Assembly (NCBI RefSeq): GCF_001194135.2
Contig: NC_068981.1
Location: 84,909,380 to 84,963,204, forward strand
Source of the DNA: Octopus bimaculoides
Taxonomy: Eukaryota
Length of the DNA: 53,825 bases
Direction of reading: 5' to 3'
The position numbers and the translations under genes are program-made. Below, one piece after another: positions 1 through 12,175 of this stretch (position 1 is the stretch's first letter; every line of letters starts with the position of its first letter). The notes beneath the pieces are model-generated. The model worked only from the letters and a program-made list of their open reading frames with translations. It ran no database searches and had not been told where the DNA came from.

Positions 1-422
1 TATATATATGTATATATATATACGTTTCATTGTCAGGACATTGGCAACAAGTGGTCAGAATCCTGTTCGGGATTTCCAGGGTAATAGGGAATAGATAGTT
101 GCTCCTTCGTATCCTTTGGCTTGGAGTAGCAGTCCCTGTCAAGGGGTTCAGTTATGTGTATGTACATAGATACAACATGCGCGCGCGCACACACAGACAC
201 ACACACTCACGTACTCACAGACATATCCATATATTCATACACATATAAACATGAGTATGCACATACATATAAACATACGTATACATACATATATTAACAT
301 ATGTATACATACACACATGCACACACACACAAATAAATAACCAGTGGATAGATTCCACTGAAATTAGATAAATAACCTTCGAGCAGATAGTCAGCAGCGC
401 CGCCTGGCTAAGGCTTGGCTAC

Positions 423-469
423 TCTGCATTGACAAGGGGCAACACCCTGAAACTAGTCTAGTCTGCAGA
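423..469 (+). ncRNA. Type I minimal hammerhead ribozyme-like motif, U3-A8 variant
   Basis: Stem I TCTGCA/TGCAGA, core TTGACAA, stem II GGGG-CAACA-CCCT, GAAA, stem III ACTA-GTC-TAGT, GTC cleavage triplet at 461-463. Confidence 0.6.
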
Positions 470-1502
470 TGCCAAACCAGCAGGGGGACACTGCTGACCT
501 CCCCTGTTCGAAGGTTATAAAGGACACAGGTTTCGTGTGTCACATAGCTAGCTAGAGGCGATGGCTTCTTGGAGCTAATTCACGGCAGCTTTCGTCCTAA
601 TTTTGGGACTGCCATGTTGGCTTGGCGATAACTATTAATTTCCAGTACCGCTGCCGTAGNNNNNNNNNNNNNNNNNNNNNNNNNNNNNNNNNNNNNNNNN
701 NNNNNNNNNNNNNNNNNNNNNNNNNNNNNNNNNNNNNNNNNNNNNNNNNNNNNNNNNNNNNNNNNNNNNNNNNNNNNNNNNNNNNNNNNNNNNNNNNNNN
801 NNNNNNNNNNNNNNNNNNNNNNNNNNNNNNNNNNNNNNNNNNNNNNNNNNNNNNNNNNNNNNNNNNNNNNNNNNNNNNNNNNNNNNNNNNNNNNNNNNNN
901 NNNNNNNNNNNNNNNNNNNNNNNNNNNNNNNNNNNNNNNNNNNNNNNNNNNNNNNNNNNNNNNNNNNNNNNNNNNNNNNNNNNNNNNNNNNNNNNNNNNN
1001 NNNNNNNNNNNNNNNNNNNNNNNNNNNNNNNNNNNNNNNNNNNNNNNNNNNNNNNNNNNNNNNNNNNNNNNNNNNNNNNNNNNNNNNNNNNNNNNNNNNN
1101 NNNNNNNNNNNNNNNNNNNNNNNNNNNNNNNNNNNNNNNNNNNNNNNNNNNNNNNNNNNNNNNNNNNNNNNNNNNNNNNNNNNNNNNNNNNNNNNNNNNN
1201 NNNNNNNNNNNNNNNNNNNNNNNNNNNNNNNNNNNNNNNNNNNNNNNNNNNNNNNNNNNNNNNNNNNNNNNNNNNNNNNNNNNNNNNNNNNNNNNNNNNN
1301 NNNNNNNNNNNNNNNNNNNNNNNNNNNNNNNNNNNNNNNNNNNNNNNNNNNNNNNNNNNNNNNNNNAAAGAATTCATTAAGAGACTTAATAAATCAAAAT
1401 TTCTTTACACATCTTCAGGAATAAATATAACACCAGAAAAACTACATTCGGTTTAAAAATACAAACCGTTAATGGCGAAAAAATATATATACATACATAC
1501 AT

Positions 1503-1612
<110 letters not shown>

Positions 1613-1650
1613 ATGTAGCAGTACATATGTACTTAATCACACACACATGT

Positions 1651-1690
<40 letters not shown>

Positions 1691-1971
1691 ACACACACAC
1701 ACACACTCATATATATGTGCGCATTCAAAGCCACTGAATAACAATGACGATATCGGTTTGACTTTGAATCTCTTTAACAATTCAAAATAATGAATTTAAT
1801 TCCTCTTAATTCTACCTCAGTTCATCCAATTGTATTTATTTATCGCTACTTTTCATTAAAAAAAAAGCCTTTATTTTGTTAAAATTCAGTGTCCATTTTC
1901 GCTTTTTTTCTTCTTACTTTCCCCATATCTTTTCCACGTGTAGTTTCTATTTTCTTTTTGAAACATATTTC

Positions 1972-2034
<63 letters not shown>

Positions 2035-2524
2035 TATGTACATATACATATCTCTATATACATATGTATATATACTCATGTGTATATGCATATTCATGCA
2101 TAAATACACACAAACATATATAGACATATATAGATATAGATAGATACAAATATATGTACATGTATACACACATATATATGTATACAAACACTCACATATA
2201 AATATGTATGTGTATACACACGCACATTCATACACACATACCATCTCACTATAATCTGTCAAGTTTTGTAGTGAATGAATTGCTAAGTAAATACACAAAA
2301 ATGTACATTTGGTGTCCTAGAATAATAAAATTACTTAGAAATTAAAGAATTCTATAGATAGGTCAATATAAATTGGATGGGTTGAAACTGAGCGAGTGAA
2401 CTAAAACACTTTTTAAAATTCAGAATCAAGTGACACTTTTGACTTTTTACATCAGCATCGTAATCTTGACAATGCAAATATTTTCTTTCGAAACTTTTTT
2501 TATGAAATTGTATTGTAGAGATAC

Positions 2525-2526
<2 letters not shown>

Positions 2527-2603
<77 letters not shown>
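2527..2603. repeat. (ATT)n microsatellite; representative of numerous (AT)n, (AC)n, (AG)n, (ACT)n, (ATT)n and (TACA)n tracts across the window
   Basis: Seen directly. Others include 2930-3020, 4457-4532, 17327-17404, 23780-23890, 25051-25152 and 39595-39670. Most N gaps abut such tracts. Confidence 0.97.
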
Positions 2604-2606
<3 letters not shown>

Positions 2607-2639
2607 TATACACACAACAAATTAGACTGTTGGAAAAGA

Positions 2640-2920
2640 AAGATTCCTAACGTCAGGCTACAACAAGTAACCTTAGATGCCAACAACCCTCTAAAATATC
2701 GTAGCTGTCCCTAATAACACTGCTTCCTGGAGCTCTACTAAACTGGGTTTTATGCCTCTTTTCTCTATACATTAGTTCAAATTTTTAGGGATAATTCCTA
2801 ATGCACCTATAACTACTGGGATACATTTTACCCGCACTTTCCATAGTCTCTGTAACTCAATGGCTTGGTCCTGGTACTTGGCTATTTTTTCTATACCTCT
2901 CATATTGATTTTGTTATAAT
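2640..2920 (-). mobile_element. 3' end of an R4/Dong-like LINE
   Basis: Minus strand EKIAKYQDQAIELQRLWKVRVKCIPVVIGALGIIPKNLN*...LQEAVLLGTA, typical of the REL-domain C-terminus; adjoins a (TAA)n tract. Confidence 0.8.
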
Positions 2921-2928
2921 TATTATTG

Positions 2929-2968
<40 letters not shown>

Positions 2969-2978
2969 NNNNNNNNNN

Positions 2979-3021
<43 letters not shown>

Positions 3022-3022
<1 letters not shown>

Positions 3023-3233
3023 AGGCAATGAACTGGCAGAATCGTTAGCACGCCGGACGAAATGCTTAGCGGTATTTCACCCGTCGCTACATTCTGAGTT
3101 CAAATTCCGCCGAGGTCGACTTTGCCTTTCGTCCTTCCGAGTCGATAAAATAAGTACCAGTTGAAGACTGGGATCGATGTAATCGACTCATCCCCTCCCC
3201 CAAAATCGTTGCCCTTGTGGCAAAATTTGAAAC

Positions 3234-3296
<63 letters not shown>

Positions 3297-3443
3297 TGAG
3301 GCGGTGAGCGGGCAGAATCTTTAGCACGTCAACCAAAGTGCTTAGCAGCATTTCATCCGTCTTCACGTTTTGAGTTCAAATTCCGCCAAGGTTAACTTTA
3401 CATTTCATCCGAAATTTCAGGCCTTGTGCCTTTAGTAGAAAGG

Positions 3444-3494
<51 letters not shown>

Positions 3495-3590
3495 GTTATT
3501 ATTATTATTATCATCATCATCATCATCATTATTATTATCATTAAGGCTGTGAGCTGGCACAATCGTTAGTAGAACAGCATCCGTTAGTAT
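3022..3590 (+). mobile_element. Tandem cluster of tRNA-derived SINE family A (full, internally deleted, head-only) separated by (ATT)n
   Basis: Head aggcgg.gagctggcagaatcgttagc, B-box-like gagttcaaattcc, central gtcgactttgcctttcatcctt...gtcgataaa.taagtaccag. Confidence 0.85.
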
Positions 3591-4455
3591 TAGTTAAGTA
3601 TGGATAGAGAACACTAACGTAGAGGAGAAATTAGTAAACAAGTGTATAGAAGAGGCATCGTTAAAAACTTGCTCGGGGAGAGAATTGTCCCAGTTTCTTC
3701 GATGCAAAAAGCGAAGAAAGCGTCGTTCGAGAAGCAAGCGCGTCCACTGAAACACAACGGTACAAAAGACAGTCAATGACTTTGAGTTTGAGAGGAGCAG
3801 TGTAAAAACAAAGCTACAGCCGAAAGAATTGCTGTGGGGTTGAGCAAACCGATTCCAAAAAAATGCGGTTTTCCAGTAGCACTTCTTTTTCAGCTCGGAA
3901 GCAGAGAAGGACTAAAGATGACTAACTTGATACCAACGTGGATGGTTTGCAGTGCTTGGTATTAGCTTTTTCTTTGATGCTAGCATAATTTTTCTGTAAT
4001 GTTGTGCTTTGGTTTTTGTAATTTTTTTTTTGTAATTTTAATATTTTTTGGCTGAGAATTTTGCAGATACGATAAGACCCTATTTTTAACTTTCAGTTTG
4101 GGCTAATTCCTTGTTAGGATATCATGCGAGATATTGACTATAGAGTGTTTCTTTCTCATTTTCCTTTTTCATATAGTTTTGAATATGCTGCTATGCTCGA
4201 CAATATTATGATAAACTCTTCCAGCCTGGCATTGAATGCCCTTGTCTTACATGTAGCAATCACACCCAGATGCTCTCTTCCTCCCACCTCTGTCCCCATT
4301 TCTCTCTCTCCCTTTAAGTATGTGCGTATGTGTCTGCGTATGTGTATGTGAAAACATATTTTTATGAAATAATCTTATAGCATGACCTTCACAGAAAATG
4401 TAACATATTAACATTTGCTTGTGAAGATATATAGTTGATTGAATTGGCACAAATT

Positions 4456-4532
<77 letters not shown>

Positions 4533-4650
4533 AAATGATAAGATAATTCTAGAGAGATTTTATCTAAAAGAGTAATTGGGTAGCTTTACGTACAATTTTA
4601 CGAAATGATAGGCAGAAGTATCTTTTAGTTACTTGGCAATAATGTCTATA

Positions 4651-4866
4651 CGAGGGCGTGCTGAAAAGTTCTTGGCTCTGGGCAAAAGAAAATTCAGAAG
4701 GATCAGTTAATTATGATTTTATTCAACATATTCTTCTCCCAGATTCACACACTTATTGCAGCGGTACTTCAATTTTTCTAAGCCCTGTAAAAGAACTCGG
4801 AAGGTTGGACCGCCACCCCGGCTTTTCGCAATACCCTTAAAGCCAGGATATTTTCAGTACTCCTCG
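4651..4866. mobile_element. Mariner-type MITE
   Basis: TA|cgagggcgtgctgaaaagttcttggct ... agccaggatattttcagtactcctcg|TA: imperfect TIRs with TA duplication. Confidence 0.8.
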
Positions 4867-5025
4867 TATGTGTGACATTCATTTCACGGAAATATTGGCT
4901 ACATAAGTGCATGTTTATTCATTTGGGGCAACTTTTTCCATATAACAATTTTAATTTTGTCATATAGTTGACTTAGCTCCTTTGAATGATGAAGATTGAA
5001 TATTAGAAATCATTATTTATATCAA

Positions 5026-5620
5026 GTGTGAAGGTGACGAGCTAGCAGAGTCGTTAGCACGCCAGGCAAAATGCCTAGCGGCATTCGGTCATTTGCATGT
5101 TCTGAGTTCAAATTCCACCGAAGTTGACATTGTCTTTCATACTTTTGGGATGGGGTCGACATAATCGACTTAGCTCCCCGCCCCAAATTGCCGACCTTGT
5201 ACCAAAATTTGAAGTCAGTATGATTATTATTATATTAGGCGGCAACCTAGCAGAATCGTCAGTACGCCGGCCAAAATGTTTTGCGGTATTTCGTCCGTTT
5301 GCACGTTCTGAGTTCAAATTCCACCGAGTTCACTTTTGCTCTCCATCATTTCCGGGTCGATAAAATAAGTATCAGTTGAACTCTGGGGTCGATGTAATCG
5401 ATTTACCCTCTCCTCCAAAACCGTTGGCCTTGAGTCAAAATTTGAAACCATTATTTATATCAAATATACTTCCGGCTTGCTACATTCTGCAGTCATATAT
5501 CTCGTGGAGGTCAGCTTTGGCTTTCATTCTTCCGGTATCGATAAAATTAAGTACTGGTATCGATATTATCGACTGTGCTCCATTCCATCAAAATTGCTGA
5601 TTTTTCCCCAAAACAATTGC
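5026..5620 (+). mobile_element. SINE family A dimer plus partial third copy
   Basis: Copies at about 5031-5222 and 5237-5448, partial at 5470-5620; same diagnostic blocks. Confidence 0.85.
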
Positions 5621-6017
5621 TCATATCAAAATGTGCTATTGTTGTTGTTTATTTCCAGATCAACGGTGTGTGTTTTAGCAGTTATTTGTAATAGCCAAAA
5701 GTCTTCTGGTGGTATTGTTTACTTCCCAAGTAGATTGTTATTTCAATCAAACGAAATAATCACTGTTTATAGAGCTAAGCGTAACATTTAATCATGCTAT
5801 TTCGAAGTTGAAACGCATTTAGTAAATTGATTCCAAGTTTATTAAGTAATGCCATTTTCATTTCAATTTTCTACGAAACTCAATACAATTTTATGGATAT
5901 TTTATATCTCCAAGCGTAACTGTTTTAGAATAAATCATATTTAAGCTAAATTAGTAAGAGTAAAAACAAATGCAGAGTTCAAAAATTTTATACAAAAGTG
6001 ATTTTTTTTCTTAACAG

Positions 6018-6212
6018 ATGCCTGTGACAGTAACCGATTTTCCAACAAGATTTATTACAATGCTCATCCATCCGATTGCACCAAATATGTATCATGTACC
6101 CAGTTGAGCAGTGGTAATTATTTAGGTGTCGTCATGTCCTGCGCCCGAGGCCGCTTTTGGAATGATAAAGTATTGACATGCGATTACCCATGGAATGTTA
6201 AATGTGCTCACG
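6018..6212 (+). CDS. Pif-like matrix protein, first visible exon: chitin-binding peritrophin-A (CBM14/ChtBD2) domain
   Basis: Acceptor ttaacag|6018, donor 6212|gtaagt, 195 bp, phase 1-1. Translates DACDSNRFSNKIYYNAHPSDCTKYVSCTQLSSGNYLGVVMSCARGRFWNDKVLTCDYPWNVKCAH with six Cys and the C-x-x-G-x-x-W/F pattern of CBM14. Confidence 0.9.
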
Positions 6213-7426
6213 GTAAGTATGATTTCTTATTTACTGTTTTTATTTGTATATTAGTACTCCTTTACTATTATTTAATGGACGTGCGTAACCTAGTAGTTAA
6301 GGCGTTGCATTCATGATCACAAGATCGTGGTTTCGATTCGTGGACCGCTGTGTTCTTGAGCAAGCAGTTCATTTTACGCTGCTCCAGTCCATTCCGCCGT
6401 AAATTAGTAACCATGCAATGGAGAAGCATCCCGTTCAAGGGAGACGTTGTGATCTCGGTCACTTATATGTCATGGAAACTGGGTATCTGAAATTATGAGT
6501 CATAGGGCTTGAAACAGTAAGGTCCATTACTTAGCCACAGGAGAGGAAGGATAAGTGAATATATGACATTTTCAAGCTCTCCGCGGTTGATGTTCAGTTC
6601 TATTTTATATTTACAAGAAGAACGTGCGGAAGAAGGAATTTGAAGGGCTGAAGCTCTGTAGAGGAATAACTGAGAAACGTGTGTATTATGGAACCAAGAT
6701 GTGATGAAACACAGTAAAAAATCTTAAGAGCAGGAGATGGACGTGTCTGATCTATTTGGATAAATGTGGTATGCTGCGCCTGCTAGTTTAAACAAATTGA
6801 GATCATTGTAGTATTGTAGACAAGATAGAAAGAAGAAACTTCTTTCTTGAGCTGGGATTGTAGAATGCTGGTGAGTCGATATTTATTAATCAGTTGCGTC
6901 GCCTTATTTTGGATATGATGTAGAACGCTTTACAGTGTGTGACTATAGCACTTGTCTCATATGCATGAGAAGATCTACTCCAAAATGGGTCTTATTAGAT
7001 GTTTAGGAAAGGTTAATATCTGGTAAGAGTTGAAGTATTTTCTGATGCGATATAGGCTTATAACTTTATTTAAATTTAAAAAAAGAATGAAGTATTAAAG
7101 TGAAACGAAGTTAGTGACGCTCTCTGTCAATGAGAATGAGATTAATAACATTAAAAAAAAAATTAGAATAAATCCAAGCGCTTTGACCAAAAGTAAATAT
7201 TAATGTTTTTCGTTTTCTTCGTCAAGAAAGAAATTAGATATGATATGAATGTCTGAAAAATATCGAAATAGCGTATGTAGGGACAGGGAATCAAGTAGAG
7301 AGAGTGGTGATACGTCATGAGACAAGAGTAACAGAGAATAGAGAGGAAGGAAAAGCCGTTGACAAGTTACTTAGAAACGACATTATGTATATATATGCAC
7401 GCACATATCCAATATTCGTACGTGCA

Positions 7427-7465
<39 letters not shown>

Positions 7466-8199
7466 CAAGTAGACATTCGAAAACTTACGCGCACGTACGA
7501 ACGTATCTAACATATACAGATACGTATATATGAATACACATGCATATGTCTACGCTTGCACATAAGTATACTATGTCATAACAACACAGAAAAGTACGTG
7601 AGGTATGAAGTGATCTGGGAAGTGTGGTGGTTAAAATGAGGTGTAGCAAGACAAAGGTTTGAGACACGAAGAGAGAAATGTCACCAAGGTCAAAGGTGGA
7701 AAAAAATTCATTAGCTCATACAAAGGTAGGGTAGCAACAAGTCGGTCTATGCGGATATGAAACAGAAACATTTACGCATTCAATTTCACGCGCCCGCACA
7801 TACACCTACACAAGCACGCGCACAAAACGAATGTACACATACATGGGCAAATAGTAAATGCACATCAAGACTACTATAAACATACCTATGATTAAAGACA
7901 TTTTAGCCGAGACTATCCTGCCTATTTTCTATGTGTAGGGGACATAGGGAGCACATGGAATACATTGTCATTATCCAATGGGTCCCTTTGTTTAACACTA
8001 TAGAGCATATTTCTGAGAGATGTGACTTGTTTCTAGCAGATCGAGCGATATCATTCAGTTTCCTTTGTCGGCTCAATAAACAATGGTGAACGCATATTGT
8101 AGAAATGATGATTATTTACCTAAGACGGTGGTATGAATGTTAGGGACCGTATGATAATTGATACGTCGTTTAACAAAAGTGTATTTTTATTTTACAAAG

Positions 8200-8580
8200 A
8201 CGTTACAGGTATTTTAAAAGTGAATATGCTGGCCAAAGATCCCATCCACTCCGTCTAGAGTGAGGACCATGTACTGAAAAAGCTTGGGATTCAAGGGCCG
8301 CCAGATATGTAATGCTTTGCCAAAACATCTGAGGGATCTTCGTGGAGTAGGAGTAGATGTTTTGTTTTGAAGAGACAACTTGATTTCTTTCTACCCAAGG
8401 TCTTAGATGAACCTATGTCACGGTAAGAAACTGAAAAGAGGGTAGCAACGTCAAACTCACTACTTCGCTAAAAGTTAATCGCATAAGAATGGCCATTGAA
8501 AAGGTGACTACACTAACGGTGCTCCAGTATGGCTGTAGCCTTTTAGCTGAAATGTATGAAAGAATGAAAGAAAGTGGAAG
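8200..8580 (+). mobile_element. 3' end of a CR1/L2-group LINE
   Basis: Remnants KSLGFKG...NALPKHLRDLRGVGVDVF..KRQLDFFL...DEP and a tail ggtgctccagtatggc...ctgaaa. Confidence 0.7.
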
Positions 8581-8959
8581 AAAGGGTAAAAACAAATACT
8601 TTGATTCACATTTAACATTATGAAGTTACTTTCTCACCTGACGTGCAACAGGTGCAGACCCTGGAGGAACTGCTTTTATTTTTTTTTTTTTTGGTAAACG
8701 TAAATGACTTCATGGTATCTTGCACGGACATATCAAGCAACTAGTGTAGGGCTCTGAAATGAACTTCGACTATCAGCATTGTTCCAGAGCCGTCTTCAAA
8801 AAGTTAGTATACAGTTTCAAATAATACGGAATATTGGAAACAATTTCTTCATTTTGTTGTGTCTAGGGAGAGTCATTACACCAAATTTTTTTTATTGTTT
8901 TACATTTAAATGTGTATGTAGTGATATCAAATTATGTTTACTTAGGGTAAAGACCTCTT

Positions 8960-9262
8960 TCAGTCATGAATGACCATGGGATTGCACCTAGAAAGTTACC
9001 CTCCAAGGCACAAGTCCAGGCAATGTTGTTTACGGTAGACCAGCAGTCGCTCATGCATACTAGCCTCCCCTTTTCATGTCACCGACGTTGTCCAAGGGAA
9101 AGGCAAAGGCCGATTTCAGCTTTCCACCAGTGACATCGCAACTCATTTCTACAGCTGAGTGATATGGAGCAACGTGAAATAAAGCGTCTTGTTCAAGAAC
9201 ACAACACACAGTCCAGTCCGGGAATCGAACTCACTACCACGTGATTGTGAGCCCAACGCTAT
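8960..9262 (-). mobile_element. tRNA-derived SINE family D; related copies at about 6277-6470 (+) and 44546-44790 (+)
   Basis: Head ...ctcacaatcacgtggtagtgagttcgattccc, then tgtgttcttgaacaag...ttcacgttgctcca shared among the copies. Confidence 0.65.
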
Positions 9263-9866
9263 GCTGGCCACATCTGGCCCAAATATTCAACCTGTTTTGT
9301 GTTCAAACCAGCCAGATCCAACCTCACACTCCTACCCTAGAATGTTATTCTAAAAATAAATAATCACATCATCAAAATCTCGAAGCTGCATAATACAAAT
9401 CAATATAAATAAATAAGCCTTACATTTTTCAGGGTAATCAGAATACTAAAGGGTTAAAGGGTTCTCTCGGTAACAATAACAATACCAGGAGACCATTAGA
9501 TTTCACCCAAAATATATGGTAAACGTTCATGCACTCTCAGACTTATCTTTGGATTCTTTATTCTAAGTGGCCAAACATAGCTTCTTTAAACGTGTCACCC
9601 GCTGGAGTGTTAGTACACAGCCATCGTTAAAATTCTTTATTTAAAAATGTCATGTCTTCGAAAATTTAGTATGTAATTTCAATAATCATGGAAAATAGAA
9701 TATATATTCTTTAATTGTTTCACGTTTAAACGTGTTCATATTTCTAAAATATTCAGTAGTACTAATGAGTTTTATATAAACGTTATAAAAATTAACACCT
9801 GTGTATTTCACAAATACAAACAAGCGTAAGTGTGAAACGAAATGATTTTCTTACATGTTGTGTGTC

Positions 9867-9930
<64 letters not shown>

Positions 9931-11095
9931 NNNNNNNNNNTATGTTTGTGCGTGTGAGTGTGTGTGTGTGTGTGTGTGTGTTTGTGTGTGTGTATGTTTG
10001 TGTATGTGTTTGTGTGTGTGTGTGTGTGTGTGGTTGTTTGTGTGTGCGTATGTTTGTGTATGTGTTTGTGTGTGTGTATATATGTGTGTGTATGTCTATG
10101 TACATATGTGTTTGTTTTTATGTATGTGTGTATATATATATATCAATGAATGTGAGTATGTGTGTGTGTGTATTATACAAAATGGGTAGATGGAAGAGAG
10201 ATTATGTGAGTGTGTTTAGTGGATGAAAGACTATAAAATGATGAAAGAGAATGAAAACAAAAATTCGCTGTGCCTTTCTGACAACACTTTATGTATCTCA
10301 TTAACACTCGCTCCAGCTCAACAACTGCATTTCAATCTCTCTACTGTTCCTTTCTTGACTCTTCAATGTTTTACCCCATGGGTACCTAAGATACAGGTTG
10401 TTTTATGCATTTTTTCTGAGACTCTCTACGGAAAATGGTAAAGATTGTATGAGAAATGGTAATTTTTTTAAGCAAATAGCAAACATCGACGCTTATACAT
10501 ACAGATGGAGGGTGGATTTAAACGAATGTTTATATAATACCAAACCAATGAGGCATATAAGTTTGTATATCATCAAATTTTACGGTGAAGTATTGAAAGG
10601 AATGTTTTGGAATTTCCCCCAATCAACATCCTCCCAAAAGGGTTTCGGTAATTCGTGAAGTATTTTCTTTCAAGAATTACTATCTTAAAGGAACTTACGA
10701 GCTCATCGTTAGTGACAAAGTGACAAATATAGGTAACGAAGCAACTTATGACTAAATGTTATCGAATGTATTTTTTTCGTTTCGAAGTTGAGAAAGGATC
10801 AGTGAAAGATTGAGTGAATGTTTAGTCGGAATGCAAAAAGCGGAAATTGTGGAGGATAATGTGCTATATAGAAAAACTGAATGAAAGATAATATTGAAGA
10901 CCAAAAAAGGAATACAACACACAGGTACTGGCAGACACGCGTGTTTAGTAGCAATTCAGTGGCTCTACTGATTCCAAGAGTTATTTGTCACCATCGCACG
11001 AAATCATTTAGTAAAACATTATATATATAAACAATTATATATATATTTACAAATGCAAAGTTATCCTTGATATTTTAATGTATCTTCTCTTTCAG

Positions 11096-11293
11096 ATAAA
11101 TGCAAAACACTGGGAAATCCTGCTGTCTATCAAACAGATTCTACATCATGTTTAATGTGGGGAGTCTGCAGCTATGGAATAACAACTTCTATTCAACCTT
11201 GTGCAGACCTGAAAGCTTCAGGAACTTACCATTCGATGTTAGGATCTTGCCTTGATTCCCGAGAATGTACACCCCATGGTATCACTACTCCAC
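11096..11293 (+). CDS. Pif-like matrix protein exon: second, divergent six-Cys chitin-binding-like domain
   Basis: Acceptor ctttcag|11096, donor 11293|gtaaga, 198 bp, phase 1-1. Translates DKCKTLGNPAVYQTDSTSCLMWGVCSYGITTSIQPCADLKASGTYHSMLGSCLDSRECTPHGITTP. Confidence 0.85.
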
Positions 11294-11875
11294 GTAAGAT
11301 ATTTTTGGGTCTCTAAATTAAATGTAATACAGTATCGACCTCTTATCCGGCTTCTAGAAATCCGGAATTACCAAAACCCGACTATTTTTGAAATTGGCTA
11401 GTTTTGAATTTCACGCGCTAGCCGTAGTTTGCCCCGCAGATGCTTTGTTAGTTAATTTGCATACGGTTTGTTAAAAAATAGCTTTGTTGTTTACATTTTA
11501 AGTGGATAGAAAAAGATTAAACACTCTGTTTTAGAAGTGTATTAATTTGTACCTGTATCTATTAAATTTGTCTTCGATTAATTTTCATCCTATAAGTATT
11601 ATACCGTATACGTGGTGCAATATGATATACTTTAAAATTTTAAAGTGGTTTAATAATTATGAAGCAGACCCTGCTTTAGAAGTATATTAATTTGACTTGT
11701 GAATACAGTTTAGTCCTTTACTTTACATAGATTATCATATATTTTAAGTATATATTTCAGCTGTCTCTACAAGGAAAATCCAGAAATCCAGGCCATTTCC
11801 AGTATGAAACTTGCCTGATATTTAGTCAGACACAGTATACATTAAAATGTATTTCAATGTATGCATAATTTGTAA

Positions 11876-12088
11876 GACGGCGAGCTAGCAAAATCGTTAG
11901 CATGTTGGGCAAAATGCTTAATGACATTACGTCCAGTCTTACTTTCTGAGTTCAAATTGTTACCAGGTCGACTTTGTCATTCATCCTTTCCAGGGTCAAT
12001 AAATTAAGTACCAGTTGAGCACTGGGGTTGATGTAATCGACTAACACCTGCCCCGAAATTGCTGGCCTAGTACCAAACATTGAAACGA
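11876..12088 (+). mobile_element. SINE family A (intronic)
   Basis: Full head-core-tail match to the 3022 copy. Confidence 0.85.
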
Positions 12089-12175
12089 ATATATGTATAA
12101 TTTTGTTATAGAAAAATAAGATGTCACAGTTTGAGTCGATTATAAATAATGGTATTATATTTTTTTAATTTGTAG

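Noticed and set aside
3022-3100. tRNA-like A/B boxes as tRNA genes
   Set aside because: They continue into SINE core and tail sequence and do not form a full cloverleaf.
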